A stretch of 49,540 nt of DNA from a virus: the IMG/VR virus record IMGVR_UViG_3300002461_000339, positions 1-49,540 of that record; one strand, 5' to 3'. Below are positions 15,069-25,112 of this stretch, in pieces. The notes beneath the pieces are model-generated. The model was not told the origin of the DNA and made no database searches. It saw only the letters and a list, made by a program, of their open reading frames with translations. How positions within the stretch are numbered: position 1 is the stretch's first letter; the number at the start of each line of letters is the position of its first letter. The position numbers were made by a program, and so were the translations under genes.

Positions 15069-18000
15069 GCCGCGGCCTCAAGATCGACTGAAACCGTCAG
15101 CCGGCGGGCGTTGATGTCGGCCGGCTGGTGCGTGAATAGATCCTCGACCTCGATCGGGTCATCCGGCACCCGCACGATGGCGGCCTCGCTGTCGCTGATC
15201 AGGATGCCGATCAAGCGGCGATCCTGCTCGCAGGCCCAGCCGAGGGCGTCCACGAGGTCATCCACCGCGGCCTGCGTCAGCGCCTCGTGCCGCACCGTGC
15301 CGCCGCTGGCCAGCCGACGGCCGATGCCGGGCAACTGGTAGCGCCGGACCAGCGCGCCGAGCTCGGGCCGTCCGGTCGGGATCGACGGCTGCAAAGCATC
15401 GCCGACCCAGAGCCAGCGGATCGAGCCGCCGCGGTTGAACAGCAGCCGGTACGCCAGGCGCGGCGATTCGATCGGGATCCAGATGTGCCGGGCCCGCCAG
15501 TCGATCGTCTGCGCGCTCAGCACCGTGGCGAACGCATCATCGCTGCCCTGCAGCTCGATCGTGGCATCGGCCGGGATTCGGTGGTCGGCGATCAACAGGC
15601 CTTCCACCGCGCCGGCCGCGGGCGTGATCGTGATCGACGTGCTGCCGGTCCAGCTCAGCGCGTCGTCGGTCGGCTGTAGCGCTCGGGCCGGGCCGTTGAT
15701 GGCCTCGGCCAAGAATGACCAGCGATCGCCGGCCACCCAGCTCGGGGCCACGCCGGGCGCAAACACCGCCGACAGGCCCGAGGCGAGCGATACCGTGCCG
15801 GCCGCTTCGATCGGTGAAGACCACGCGCCGCCGTTGAGCCGCCACTGCGCGCGGGCCGCCTCCACCCGGAAGGTGAACCGGTCGCCGAGGGCAAAGGGCA
15901 CTTCGCCCAAGCCGATGGCGAAGTCGATCCCGCCGTCGCTGTAGGCGTTCGGCGTCACGGTGCTCAGCGCGTAGTTGTCGAGTCGCCCGTCTTCGCTGCC
16001 GATGACGCTCCAGGTCAGAGTGTCGTCTCCGTCCTGTCCGCCCGAGAGCGCGACCGGCTCGGCGCGGTTGATCTGCAGGACGAACTCATCGCCCTGCTGG
16101 TAGGTCGCCCGCGGTACGCCGGCCAAGTCGATCGTGATCGACAGGCGGTCGCCGTCCTGCAGCTGCTGGCAGGGCACGTCCACGCCGATGCCGAATTCCT
16201 GCGTGGACACAGGGACGCGCCGGCCCGTCTCATCCTGAGCGAGCCGTGCGCTGTGGTAGTAGTAGCCGGGCTGGATGGGCAACAAGTCGTGACTTGTGCA
16301 CTCGAACCATGCTGGCATGGCTTCGAGACCGCGATCTCTCCAGATGCGGTTTCCGCCCAACCCGGCGTCATCAAAATTTGGATCGATGCCTGCGGCTGCG
16401 AGCACCTTGTTCATGGCGGCGTGATAGCGCTGCAGGTCCACGTCGAAGTCGCTAACATTCGCGCCGCGGTTGCGGAACAGGGCATGCCAGACCACCGTTC
16501 CATCGGTCAGCGGCACGCCGACATCCTGCGGCCACGTCGGCTCGCTGCTGCCCGAGGTTCCGCCCGTGGTAGCGCGGTAGGCAAAGCCGTTGTACGGCCG
16601 CACGATGTCGCCCTCGGCGTAGGCCTGGCTCGCGGACCAATAGGCGCCCTTGTCGCGCCACAGGAAATCGCCGTCCGCCACGGTTCCACCGTTGGTCGGC
16701 CACGTCGGTTCGCTGCCGCCCTGCGCTGGCTCCGTGCCGGTGAAGGACTCGACGCGGTAGTAGTGCCCATTCCGCGCAGTCGGAACGCAGATGGCTCCGA
16801 CGCTGACGGCGCCGAGCAGGTCAGCCGCCCACGGCAGCGCCGAGGTCTCGCCCGCCGAGTTCAGCCGGCCGGCGATCTGCTCTGCGTCCTCGCGGAACTG
16901 CGCGAACTCCGCATCCCACATCGCCCACACGGTGCGGCCGATGTTGGTCCAGGTGCCGGTGCCATCGGCGACCGTCTCGCCCTCGCCCGTCGGCCACGTC
17001 GGTTCGGTCTCATCCGTCACGCCGCCGCTGTACGCATACCGATAGCCGTTGCGGGCCGTCGGCTCGCGCACGCTGTCGGCCGGCACCGCCGCCTCGGCCG
17101 CCCAGACGGGCCACTGCGGGGTGCCGCCGGCCACGCGCGTCAGCGTGCGGCTCAGCAGCGAGGCGACGGCGTTTGCCCATGCAGCGTCAGGGCCACCGTT
17201 CGCGAACGGCGTGGCGTTGCTCCGGATGTGTTCGGCGACGTAGTTGGCGAGCCTCTGCACGCGGATGATCCGCGATGCTTCGCTCATGGTGGTAGCTCCT
17301 TCGGGCAGTGCGATGCCCAGCAAGTCGGGGTCAGGGCCGCCCTCGATATCGGCTTCGGTCTCGCACGGGCACGGGCCGGGCCGCGTGCGCCATTCGAATT
17401 CGTATGTGGTCGCCTTGGCCAGTCGGCCGACAATCTCGTTCTCCACGCACAGCGTCGGGCGCTCGGCGGCGTTGCTGCGCTGCGCGTCCAGGATCGCGGT
17501 GATCGAGCTCGTGGTCGGGATGATCGGCGACGGAACAAGCGGGATCGTGAAGCCGTAGGCGCCACCGCTGTAGAGCACATTGGTGATGGCATCCGTGAGC
17601 CGGCCCGACACCTGCCCGCGCACGGTCCACCGCTCGCGGCCGGACTCGCTGGCGTCGGTGCAGCGGATGGTCAGGGTTTCGGTCGGCGCCGCCGGGCCCA
17701 CGGTCACGGGGAACTCCGCGTCGCGCACGTACTCCGTGCCGTCCGCCTGGCGGCTCGCGGCATAGCTCTGCGTGTAGACGGACAGGTCGGTGATGCCCTG
17801 CCCGCCCGGGCGGAAGTCGGCGACGATGGCGCCGTCCACGCGCACGAGGTCCGAGCCGTCGCGGATCGCGGAGAGCGCGTCGAACAGGGTGACGATGCCG
17901 GTGAAGGTCTCGACGTCCACCTGGTCCGTGATCGTGATGGTGCGGCTGCCGGAGACAGCCTTGATGGTCGCGCCAGCGGGCACGGTGCGCACCGGCGCCG

Positions 18001-18631
18001 GCGTGAAGCTGTAGACCCAGCGGCCGGCGGTGTAGCGCTTGAAGGGCCGGTAGACCTGCGGGTCGATCCCGAAGCGGATGCGCGGCGCGTTGGCCGGGAT
18101 CGTGCCATCGGGGTTGATCGCGACGGCGCCGAAGTTCCATTGATCGCCGATGTATTCGTTCTGCCCCTCGCGCAGCTCTTCCTGTAGGGCGAAGTCCGTC
18201 GGCGCGTCGGTGAGGCCGCTGTTGTCCACGCTGACGGTGATGGCGTTGCCGCCGGCGCCGGCGTCCTTGGCGACCAGCACGGCCGACTGAAACGGCGCCT
18301 GCGCGGCTCTGGTCTCGATCCCGAGGTTTTCCAGCGTCACCACGAAGGTCTGCGCGTCCACGGTGTTCTGGGCCGTCAGCCCGCTGATCTGCCCGCTGCC
18401 CACGCCCACGAACTCCGGCGCGCTGACGCGGCGCGTGGTGCCGCCAGCGTCCAGGATCTCCACGTCGATGGCCGCATTCGCGCTGCCGGTGTAGGCGCCG
18501 GCCAGCGACACCGCGCCGCCGCCCGACTTGGGCGCGGAGTCGGTGCGTGTGATGGCGGTGCTCGGCACGATGTTGGTCGCGGTCACGCTGCCGGTGCGGG
18601 CCAAGTTGTCGCGGTTCATCACGTAGCGCAT
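15065..18631 (-). CDS. Large tail tip / host-specificity-type protein (1188 aa)
   Basis: ATG overlaps the TMP stop (TAATG). Three copies of an NG.Y(Y/R)...SEPTWP...DG...W module lie at about aa 520-717. Confidence 0.65.
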   Translation of the reverse strand: MRYVMNRDNLARTGSVTATNIVPSTAITRTDSAPKSGGGAVSLAGAYTGSANAAIDVEILDAGGTTRRVSAPEFVGVGSGQISGLTAQNTVDAQTFVVTLENLGIETRAAQAPFQSAVLVAKDAGAGGNAITVSVDNSGLTDAPTDFALQEELREGQNEYIGDQWNFGAVAINPDGTIPANAPRIRFGIDPQVYRPFKRYTAGRWVYSFTPAPVRTVPAGATIKAVSGSRTITITDQVDVETFTGIVTLFDALSAIRDGSDLVRVDGAIVADFRPGGQGITDLSVYTQSYAASRQADGTEYVRDAEFPVTVGPAAPTETLTIRCTDASESGRERWTVRGQVSGRLTDAITNVLYSGGAYGFTIPLVPSPIIPTTSSITAILDAQRSNAAERPTLCVENEIVGRLAKATTYEFEWRTRPGPCPCETEADIEGGPDPDLLGIALPEGATTMSEASRIIRVQRLANYVAEHIRSNATPFANGGPDAAWANAVASLLSRTLTRVAGGTPQWPVWAAEAAVPADSVREPTARNGYRYAYSGGVTDETEPTWPTGEGETVADGTGTWTNIGRTVWAMWDAEFAQFREDAEQIAGRLNSAGETSALPWAADLLGAVSVGAICVPTARNGHYYRVESFTGTEPAQGGSEPTWPTNGGTVADGDFLWRDKGAYWSASQAYAEGDIVRPYNGFAYRATTGGTSGSSEPTWPQDVGVPLTDGTVVWHALFRNRGANVSDFDVDLQRYHAAMNKVLAAAGIDPNFDDAGLGGNRIWRDRGLEAMPAWFECTSHDLLPIQPGYYYHSARLAQDETGRRVPVSTQEFGIGVDVPCQQLQDGDRLSITIDLAGVPRATYQQGDEFVLQINRAEPVALSGGQDGDDTLTWSVIGSEDGRLDNYALSTVTPNAYSDGGIDFAIGLGEVPFALGDRFTFRVEAARAQWRLNGGAWSSPIEAAGTVSLASGLSAVFAPGVAPSWVAGDRWSFLAEAINGPARALQPTDDALSWTGSTSITITPAAGAVEGLLIADHRIPADATIELQGSDDAFATVLSAQTIDWRARHIWIPIESPRLAYRLLFNRGGSIRWLWVGDALQPSIPTGRPELGALVRRYQLPGIGRRLASGGTVRHEALTQAAVDDLVDALGWACEQDRRLIGILISDSEAAIVRVPDDPIEVEDLFTHQPADINARRLTVSVDLEAAA

Positions 18632-21600
18632 TAGAGTCCTGTCCGTCCGTTGAAGCCGCGGCGCTGCAGCTTTTCCAGCTCGCGCGCGACAAGCCGCGCA
18701 GTTTCTTCCGGGTCCGTGGTGCCGGTGATGTTGATCACGGGCGCGAAGCCGCCAGCCACCGGCGCATTGGGCGCAGCGGTCGGCGCCAGCCCAGCACCAG
18801 CAGACCCGCCGCCATCGCGCCGCCGGCGGTCATCATCCACGCGGCGATTGGAGTCGATCTGCTCGCGTTCCTTGGCGCGGATCTCGGCGAGGTCAGCTTC
18901 GAAGTTCTTCCGGGCAAGCTGTCGGGCCTGTGCCGCTTGGACTGCAGCTGACGCGCCGCCGGCCTGAGCAAGTTCTTCGATCCGGCGCAACTCTTCCTCA
19001 TACTGCCGGCGGCGGATCGCTTCCTCGTTTCCATCGCGGCGGTCGGCCTGGTCCTGCTGCTGGCGGAGCAAGTTCGAAAGTTCGTCAGTTGCCTGCTCGG
19101 TCGCCTGTTCGAAGCGCTCCATCTCGGCGCGCGCACGCTTCACCCGCTCTTCGGTGTTGCCGATCTGCAGCGCCAGCTCTTCGGCGTTCTTCGCTGCGAA
19201 TCCGGCGCGGTCGGCGATGAGCTGCATGACGTCGGCGGTGCTGCGGCCGGTGGTATCCACAAGCCCAAGCTCGCCGCGCAGGCGGTCGAATGCCTCGACA
19301 GCAGCCGGGCCCAGCTCGGCCACGGAGTCGCGCGCGTCCTTCGTCACCTGGATCAAGCCCAGCAGCGCATTCGACACGCCGAGCTTGACCTTCTCCCCGG
19401 CCTGCTGCCCCTGCTGCCCGATGTCGTCAACGGCGGCGGCGGTTTCCTTGGCCTGCAGCGCGGCGTCTTTCAGCACCGGCGTGAGGGAGTTGATGCCGGC
19501 AGCGGCGCGCTTGCCGCCGTCTTGCCCAGCGTCGCCTACTTCGCCCAGCTCGTTCTGCAACCCGGTGATGCGCGCAGACGTGCCGGTGATCTCAGCCTGC
19601 AGGCCGGCCAGCTGCTGCTGCAGCTCGGCCACGGGCTCGCCCTTTGACAGGCCGCGCTGGATCGCCAGCGCCAGATTGCCGGCCTCGGTTTCCAGCCCTG
19701 CGCGAGCCGCCTGCAGCGAGGCGATCAAGTCGCGCGCGGCGCGGCGCCCAGCTTCGCCCAGTCCGTCGAGTGCACCCTGCGCTTCCAGTGCGCCGCTGGT
19801 GATGTCGGCAGCGCGAGCGCCTGCGGCAGAGAGTGCGGCGCCCAGCTGCTGCGCGCTGATCTTGCCGGCGGCAAAGGCCGAGCGCAGCGCTTCCTCCAGG
19901 GCCTGCACCTCGCCCGTGGTCTGCGCCTTGTTCAGGGCTGCAGTGAATGCCGCACCGATGGCCTGCGCCGAGGCGTTGCCGCTGCTGGCAATCGCCCGGA
20001 AGCTGGCGATGATCTCTTGGCCCTGCTTCGTGATCTTGACGCCAGCCGCTTCGACGTTGACGCCCAGCCGGCGGTAGCTCTCGGCAAGCGTGGCGTCGAG
20101 AATCTGCGCCGCGGCACCAGCACCTTCGCCGGCCGACTCGAACGCGACCTGCGCTGCCTGCTGGAACCGCAAGAGTTCAGCAGCGGAGAGGTTCTGCAGC
20201 TCCTTCGCCAGCCCTTCGCGGATCGCGGTCGCAGCCGTCGTGCTGCTGGCTGCGGCGGTGTCGATCGCAAGCGCAATTTCGCCCAGGCGCGTTGCGCCGT
20301 TCTCGAAGTCGATCCCCTTGAAAGCGCCGGACAGCGCCTCGCCAAGCTCCTTGCTGTCGTCGGCGGCTTCGAGCAACTGCCCCGCAAGCTGCTTGACCGC
20401 GCTCGACGCAGCCCCGGTGGCGACTTCCGAGATGCTCTTTGCGGCGCCAAGAGCCGCGCTGTTCAGATCGACGAAACCCCTGCGGACTTCGTCCAGCCTC
20501 ACGAACAGGTTCTGAAGCTCGACGCGCTCTTCCTCTGAGAGCTGACGCGATCGCTGCTGCAGAATCAGCTGCTCGGTTCGGCCCTTCAGGAACTTGTCCA
20601 GCCCCTCAAGAGCTACGCGATAGGCCTCGCGCTGCTCTTCCCCGAGCAGCCGAACGTCTTCGGAGGTCCGAACCGCAACGTCGCGGAAGTTCGAGAACTT
20701 GGACGCAGCCTCTGCAGCTGCTTGGCCAGAGACATCGATGCCATCGCCGAACTCGATCGTGGACTTGGCGGCGTCGTCTACCGAGAGCCTGAAGCGCGTG
20801 AGGGGCTCATTCAGCGCGGTGCCGATCTCAAGCCCGACGAACGCGGCCGAGAGCACGCCGAGACTCCGGCTGAGCACACCGACCGAAGTGCTCAGTCGCG
20901 TGGTCGCAGCCGTCGCGCCAGTGGCTGCCGTGGTGAACACGCCGACGCCAGCGCCAGCGCCAGCGGCCGCAGGCCCAATCGCCCGCAGGCTGCCCAGCAG
21001 CAGCACCAGCGCCGCGCGGCTCTGCACGATCGCGATGGCGAGGGGGGCGACTACGGCGGTCAGCGCGGTGAGGCCCGCAATGCCAGTCCGCACGCCGGCC
21101 GGCAGCTCGTTGAACAGGTTGACCGCAGAGGTCAGGCCGTCCAGCAGCGGCGTCAGCGCGGTGACGGCCTGGCCGAAGCTGATCTGTAGGTCGCCGACTG
21201 CGGCGCGGAACAACTGCAGGCGCTGCTCGGGCGTGTCCTGCAGCTTGGCGAAGGCCTCGGCCGTGCGGCCGGCGCCCTGCTCCATGTCTGAAAGCGCTTT
21301 GGCGAAGGCGTCCGCCTGGTTGCCGGTCAGCGCCAGCACGCCCTGCAGACCCTCGACGCGGCCGAACAGCCGAGCCAAGGTAGTCTCATTGCCCTGCGCG
21401 GCTTCGGACACGTTCAGCAGGAACTGCTGCAGGCCCTGCGCGCGCAACGCGGTGACATCGAACTGAATGCCCAGCGCTTCGGCTTCTTTCTTCGCCTCGG
21501 CCGTCGGCTTGACCACAGCCGTCAGCGCGGACTGGATCTGCGTGAAAGCCTGCCCGGTGTCCAGACCGCCGGCGGTGAGCGCACCGACCGCGCTGGTCAG

Positions 21601-23034
21601 CTGCTCAACCGAAACGCCTACCGACGCCGCCAGAGGCGCGACGCCGCCGATGCTCTGCGAGAGCTCTTCGATGGTCGTGTTACCGGCCGCCGCGCTGACG
21701 AAGAACGCATCGCTGACGCGCGTGGCCTGATCTGCGGCCAGGCCGTAGGCGTTCAAGGTGGCGACAAGGCCGCTGGCCGCGACTTCGGTGTCGGCCAAGC
21801 CGCCGATGGCGAGCTGATTCGCGACGCGCAGGATCTGCAGCGCCTGCGTCGTGTCCTCGACGCCGGCTGCGATGATCTCGTACAGCGCAGCCGCGTTCCT
21901 GGCCGCGTCGCCGCCGAACTCGCGCGTCAGGGCGCGCACGCTGTCGCCGAGCGCGGCCAAGTCGGCCTGCGGGGCGATGGTGCTGATCGCCGCAAGGCTG
22001 CGCTGGAACTGGCTTGCAGCGGCGGCCGCGTTGCTCAGCAGGCGTGTCGCCGTGAACAGGCTGGCGCCGGCAGCGATGAGCGAGCCCTGCACCTGCCGCA
22101 GGCTGTTGCCCAGGCTGCCGTACTCGGCGCGCAACTCGCGGGTGCGCTCGATCGCGCGGGACTGCGCCTGCGCCAGTTCCTGCACCGACAGCTGGCCACT
22201 GCGGCGCAGCGTGTCATAGGCCTGCCGCACCTTCTCGATTTCGGCGCGCACCTCGCCGAAGCCGCGGCGGCCGAGGGTGGCGTTCGCATCGGCCAGGGCC
22301 TGCTGCGCGGCAGCGTTGGCGCGCGCGCTGGCGGCGGCCTGCTGATTCACGGCGACCTGCTCGCGCAGGTTCGCAGCCAGCTGCTCCGTGCTGGTGCTGG
22401 TCAGCTGCAGGCGTTTCTGCAGCTCGGCCTGCGCCTGGCCCAGGTCGTCCACCGACAGGCCGGCCGCCTTGATGGCGTCCTCGCTCTTGCCGATGCCGGC
22501 GTTGAGCTTGTCCTGCGCGGTGACGGCGCGGTCGTATTCGGTGGTCGCCTGACGCAGCGTGCCGGCGGCTGCCGAGTATTCGGCCTGTGCGGCTTTCTGT
22601 GCGGCCTGCGCTTCATTCAGGCTCGCGGCGAACGCGCGCGTGCCTTCGGTGGTCTTCTCTTCGCTCGCGTTGTAGCGGTCGCGCTCGGCGCGCAGGTCGG
22701 CGAGCGCATCCTTTGACTTCTGCAACGCCTGCGCCGCCGCTGCCTCTTGCTCGGTCGCAAGACGAAAGCGGATCTCGGACTTTGCCAGCTCATCATTTAC
22801 GCGCTTCTGCTCGGCGCGGTACTCCTTGAGCGCGGTGATGGACGCCTGCAGACCGTTGGACGCAGCCGCCTGCTGATTGAGCTCTTCGACGGCGCCGGTG
22901 ACGGAGGAAAGCTGTTCGTCGGTGAGCTCGCCCTGCGTGCCGAGGTCGCGCAGGTCTTCGAGCAGACCGCGCAGGCTGGGGTCGGTCGTGGCGCGCAGCG
23001 CTACTTCGATGACCTGCTCAAAGTTATCGGCCAC
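18631..23034 (-). CDS. Tail tape measure protein (1467 aa)
   Basis: Size, long helical regions and a TMP core-like segment (ISTIAPQADLAALGDSVRALTREFGGDAARNAAALYEIIAAG). Follows the tube and chaperone genes. Confidence 0.9.
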   Translation of the reverse strand: MADNFEQVIEVALRATTDPSLRGLLEDLRDLGTQGELTDEQLSSVTGAVEELNQQAAASNGLQASITALKEYRAEQKRVNDELAKSEIRFRLATEQEAAAAQALQKSKDALADLRAERDRYNASEEKTTEGTRAFAASLNEAQAAQKAAQAEYSAAAGTLRQATTEYDRAVTAQDKLNAGIGKSEDAIKAAGLSVDDLGQAQAELQKRLQLTSTSTEQLAANLREQVAVNQQAAASARANAAAQQALADANATLGRRGFGEVRAEIEKVRQAYDTLRRSGQLSVQELAQAQSRAIERTRELRAEYGSLGNSLRQVQGSLIAAGASLFTATRLLSNAAAAASQFQRSLAAISTIAPQADLAALGDSVRALTREFGGDAARNAAALYEIIAAGVEDTTQALQILRVANQLAIGGLADTEVAASGLVATLNAYGLAADQATRVSDAFFVSAAAGNTTIEELSQSIGGVAPLAASVGVSVEQLTSAVGALTAGGLDTGQAFTQIQSALTAVVKPTAEAKKEAEALGIQFDVTALRAQGLQQFLLNVSEAAQGNETTLARLFGRVEGLQGVLALTGNQADAFAKALSDMEQGAGRTAEAFAKLQDTPEQRLQLFRAAVGDLQISFGQAVTALTPLLDGLTSAVNLFNELPAGVRTGIAGLTALTAVVAPLAIAIVQSRAALVLLLGSLRAIGPAAAGAGAGVGVFTTAATGATAATTRLSTSVGVLSRSLGVLSAAFVGLEIGTALNEPLTRFRLSVDDAAKSTIEFGDGIDVSGQAAAEAASKFSNFRDVAVRTSEDVRLLGEEQREAYRVALEGLDKFLKGRTEQLILQQRSRQLSEEERVELQNLFVRLDEVRRGFVDLNSAALGAAKSISEVATGAASSAVKQLAGQLLEAADDSKELGEALSGAFKGIDFENGATRLGEIALAIDTAAASSTTAATAIREGLAKELQNLSAAELLRFQQAAQVAFESAGEGAGAAAQILDATLAESYRRLGVNVEAAGVKITKQGQEIIASFRAIASSGNASAQAIGAAFTAALNKAQTTGEVQALEEALRSAFAAGKISAQQLGAALSAAGARAADITSGALEAQGALDGLGEAGRRAARDLIASLQAARAGLETEAGNLALAIQRGLSKGEPVAELQQQLAGLQAEITGTSARITGLQNELGEVGDAGQDGGKRAAAGINSLTPVLKDAALQAKETAAAVDDIGQQGQQAGEKVKLGVSNALLGLIQVTKDARDSVAELGPAAVEAFDRLRGELGLVDTTGRSTADVMQLIADRAGFAAKNAEELALQIGNTEERVKRARAEMERFEQATEQATDELSNLLRQQQDQADRRDGNEEAIRRRQYEEELRRIEELAQAGGASAAVQAAQARQLARKNFEADLAEIRAKEREQIDSNRRVDDDRRRRDGGGSAGAGLAPTAAPNAPVAGGFAPVINITGTTDPEETARLVARELEKLQRRGFNGRTGL

Positions 23035-23665
23035 GCAGCGCCTCCCCTAGATACTGTCTGCGCAACTCTCTTATGTAGATCTCACGCATCTGCGCCACAA
23101 CGGCGCGCCTTGGCTCTGTTCTGTAGCTGCCTATAAAGTTTCGGCGCTGGTCGGTTTTCAGCCCAATCATCATTTCCTTCGGCGACGGGCCGCGAATGAT
23201 GATCAAGGGGCCACGCGGTGCGCGCTTTCCGCCCTTGATCTTTCGCTCTCGGATTGAGCGGCGCCCTTTGACGGTGTTGATGAAGGCTCCTCGAAAGATC
23301 TGCGGCGCTCCCCCGCGCTCTATCACTGCGGTTGCGCCGGAGGATTGGATGCCACCCCAAACGCCGCCGAAGTCGATTGCAGCGATTCGGCGATCCGAAG
23401 CGAAAAGCCGAATGGTGTCCTTGGTGGTCACCACCTTGAATGCGTCATTGACTTTGTTGGCTTGTATGTTGAACGCGGCCACAACCTCGCGCTTTGCGAT
23501 CGGGACGGTAGCTCGCGCAGTGGACACTTGCGCGCGCTTCACGGCAGTGTCAGCCGCCTTGACAAGGCGCCCGACAATGCGCTCTAGGCCGAACGAATCA
23601 TTTGCTCGCTTGCCATTCGTGAAAATCCGAATGACCTGCTCTTTTCTGTTACGCAGCCTTGCCAT
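23024..23665 (-). CDS. gpZ-like minor tail / tail-completion protein (213 aa), lower GC
   Basis: Basic protein with a layout resembling lambda gpZ (RGAFINTV..., R/K-rich centre, ...YIRELRRQYLGEAL). Unusually placed between the chaperone and TMP. Confidence 0.35.
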   Translation of the reverse strand: MARLRNRKEQVIRIFTNGKRANDSFGLERIVGRLVKAADTAVKRAQVSTARATVPIAKREVVAAFNIQANKVNDAFKVVTTKDTIRLFASDRRIAAIDFGGVWGGIQSSGATAVIERGGAPQIFRGAFINTVKGRRSIRERKIKGGKRAPRGPLIIIRGPSPKEMMIGLKTDQRRNFIGSYRTEPRRAVVAQMREIYIRELRRQYLGEALRGR

Positions 23666-24008
23666 TCGGCGGCCCCTGCAGACCAGCGACCACCTGCTGC
23701 ACGAGCACGTTCGTGTGCTCGATCTCGGAGCGCACAGGACCGGCGAGGTATTCGCCCCACTGCAGTGCGGACCCGGCGATGATGTCGCGCACGGCGGCGA
23801 TCAAGACGGCCAGCGGCAAGTCATTCGCCGGAACGCCGACGGACTCGCAGACTCCGATCGCGGCAGCCAGAGCATCCGGAGAGGCCAAGGCCTCGGGCGA
23901 CGCGCCTGTCGAGTTGATGACCGCCACGAGCCGCAGCAGCGCCAGGGCCTTGCGGCCGGTGAGCTGCCCCAGCGGGTACTCGACACCGGCAACGGTGATG
24001 CTTTTCAT
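23649..24008 (-). CDS. Tail assembly chaperone (gpG-position, 119 aa)
   Basis: ATG at 24008 with GGAG 6 nt upstream (ORF track start 24044 is a GTG without an SD). Lies between the tube gene and TMP. Confidence 0.5.
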   Translation of the reverse strand: MKSITVAGVEYPLGQLTGRKALALLRLVAVINSTGASPEALASPDALAAAIGVCESVGVPANDLPLAVLIAAVRDIIAGSALQWGEYLAGPVRSEIEHTNVLVQQVVAGLQGPPNGKAA

Positions 24009-24031
24009 GCGTGCTCCGTCATAGGGAAAGG

Positions 24032-24064
24032 CCCCGCGCGCCACGGGTCACGCAGCGCGCGGGG
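24032..24064 (-). other. 9-bp GC stem-loop just downstream of the major tail gene
   Basis: CCCCGCGCG (24032-24040) pairs with CGCGCGGGG (24056-24064), with a 15-nt loop. It is followed on the - strand by CCTTTCCC, a weak U tract. Confidence 0.45.
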
Positions 24065-24073
24065 CGAGGCGGC

Positions 24074-25099
24074 TTACAGGCCGGCCGGGCGGCCGTCCAC
24101 GTAGATCGCGGCGGTCTGGCTGTTGAGGATGCCGATGCCCACGGAGAACTCGACCTGCGCCTGCGAGTCGCCCGTGATGAAGGCCAGGGCGCCGTTCGGC
24201 GTGATGGTCACGCTCGGCAGGAAGACGTCGTCGTTCTCGCCGGTCGGGTTGTCGGCGATGAACTTCAGCTGGCCCTGCACCGAAACCGTGCCGCCGCTGC
24301 GCACCTGCTCGCGGGTGTTGGCGGCCGGGGTGTAATCGACCTCCAGCGAGACGCGGGCATTCGCCACGGCCGCGGCATACTTGGTATTCGCGCCGTCGAT
24401 GGCGCCGCCCACGGTCGGCGAGATCAGCGCCAGGCCCGAGTCGATGCGGTAATGCACGTCCGCGGTGTTCGGGACGATGATCAGGCCCATGTCGATGAAG
24501 GTCGCGGTGCCGTCCGCGAAGTCGGTGCCGTCGGTCTCGAAGGTCGGCGGCGAGCCGGCCGAGGTTCCGGCGACGGTGCACATGTAGAAGTGATTGTTGG
24601 CGGATGCCGGGACGTAGAAGTCGCCGACCGCGTAGGCCGTGGAGTTCGCGCGGGCCGGCGCATCGGCGCCTTCCTTGATGCGAACCACGACACTCGACAC
24701 GCCGCGCACGCCGCTCGGGTTGGAGGGCGTGGCGCCCAGCTGGTAGAAGCGGCCCGCGTTGACGCTCGCGATCACCTCATCGGTGACCGGCGTGGCCGAC
24801 TGTTCGATGGTGACCTCTTCGCCCGCGATGAACAGGCCGACGTTCGCGCGGTCCACGTTGTTGCAGGTGATGGTCGCGGTGCGGGTCACGCTCAGCGGGG
24901 TGCTGAAGATGGTTTCGCTGATACCGCTCTCGCTGCCGTTGAGGGTGAACTCTTCGCCCTCAACGTTGATCTCGAAGCCGGGCGAGTCACCCAGCGGGCG
25001 GAAGCCCTGATAGACGCCGTTGACCAGCGCATTGAAGGCGAGCCGGCCGCGGCCCAGCTTGATCTTGTTGGTGTACGGGGAGATGTTGGGAGCTGCCAT
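24074..25099 (-). CDS. Major tail (tube) protein with inserted surface module (341 aa)
   Basis: Position before the chaperone and TMP, strong SD and flanking hairpins. aa 152-205 carry the same NNHFY...SPPTF...DGT..F module found in the 1188-aa protein. Confidence 0.65.
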   Translation of the reverse strand: MAAPNISPYTNKIKLGRGRLAFNALVNGVYQGFRPLGDSPGFEINVEGEEFTLNGSESGISETIFSTPLSVTRTATITCNNVDRANVGLFIAGEEVTIEQSATPVTDEVIASVNAGRFYQLGATPSNPSGVRGVSSVVVRIKEGADAPARANSTAYAVGDFYVPASANNHFYMCTVAGTSAGSPPTFETDGTDFADGTATFIDMGLIIVPNTADVHYRIDSGLALISPTVGGAIDGANTKYAAAVANARVSLEVDYTPAANTREQVRSGGTVSVQGQLKFIADNPTGENDDVFLPSVTITPNGALAFITGDSQAQVEFSVGIGILNSQTAAIYVDGRPAGL

Positions 25100-25112
25100 G
25101 TGTGCGTCCTCG

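Noticed and set aside
16253-18187. Very long antisense or shifted ORFs, including 16253..18187 (+, 644 aa), 24011..25309, 29811..31283, 31464..32921, 32594..34111, 34268..36019, 39467..41026 and 4744..5913 (-)
   Set aside because: Their translations are dominated by R/A/G/P/H/D runs with no motifs. They lie opposite or out of frame to genes with clear homology-like motifs and coupled starts. These are typical GC-driven shadow ORFs.
23640-23700. Search for a lambda G/GT-type -1 slippery site at the end of the chaperone ORF
   Set aside because: There is no X XXY YYZ heptamer. The downstream ORF is in the +1 frame, not the -1 frame, and has its own ATG.
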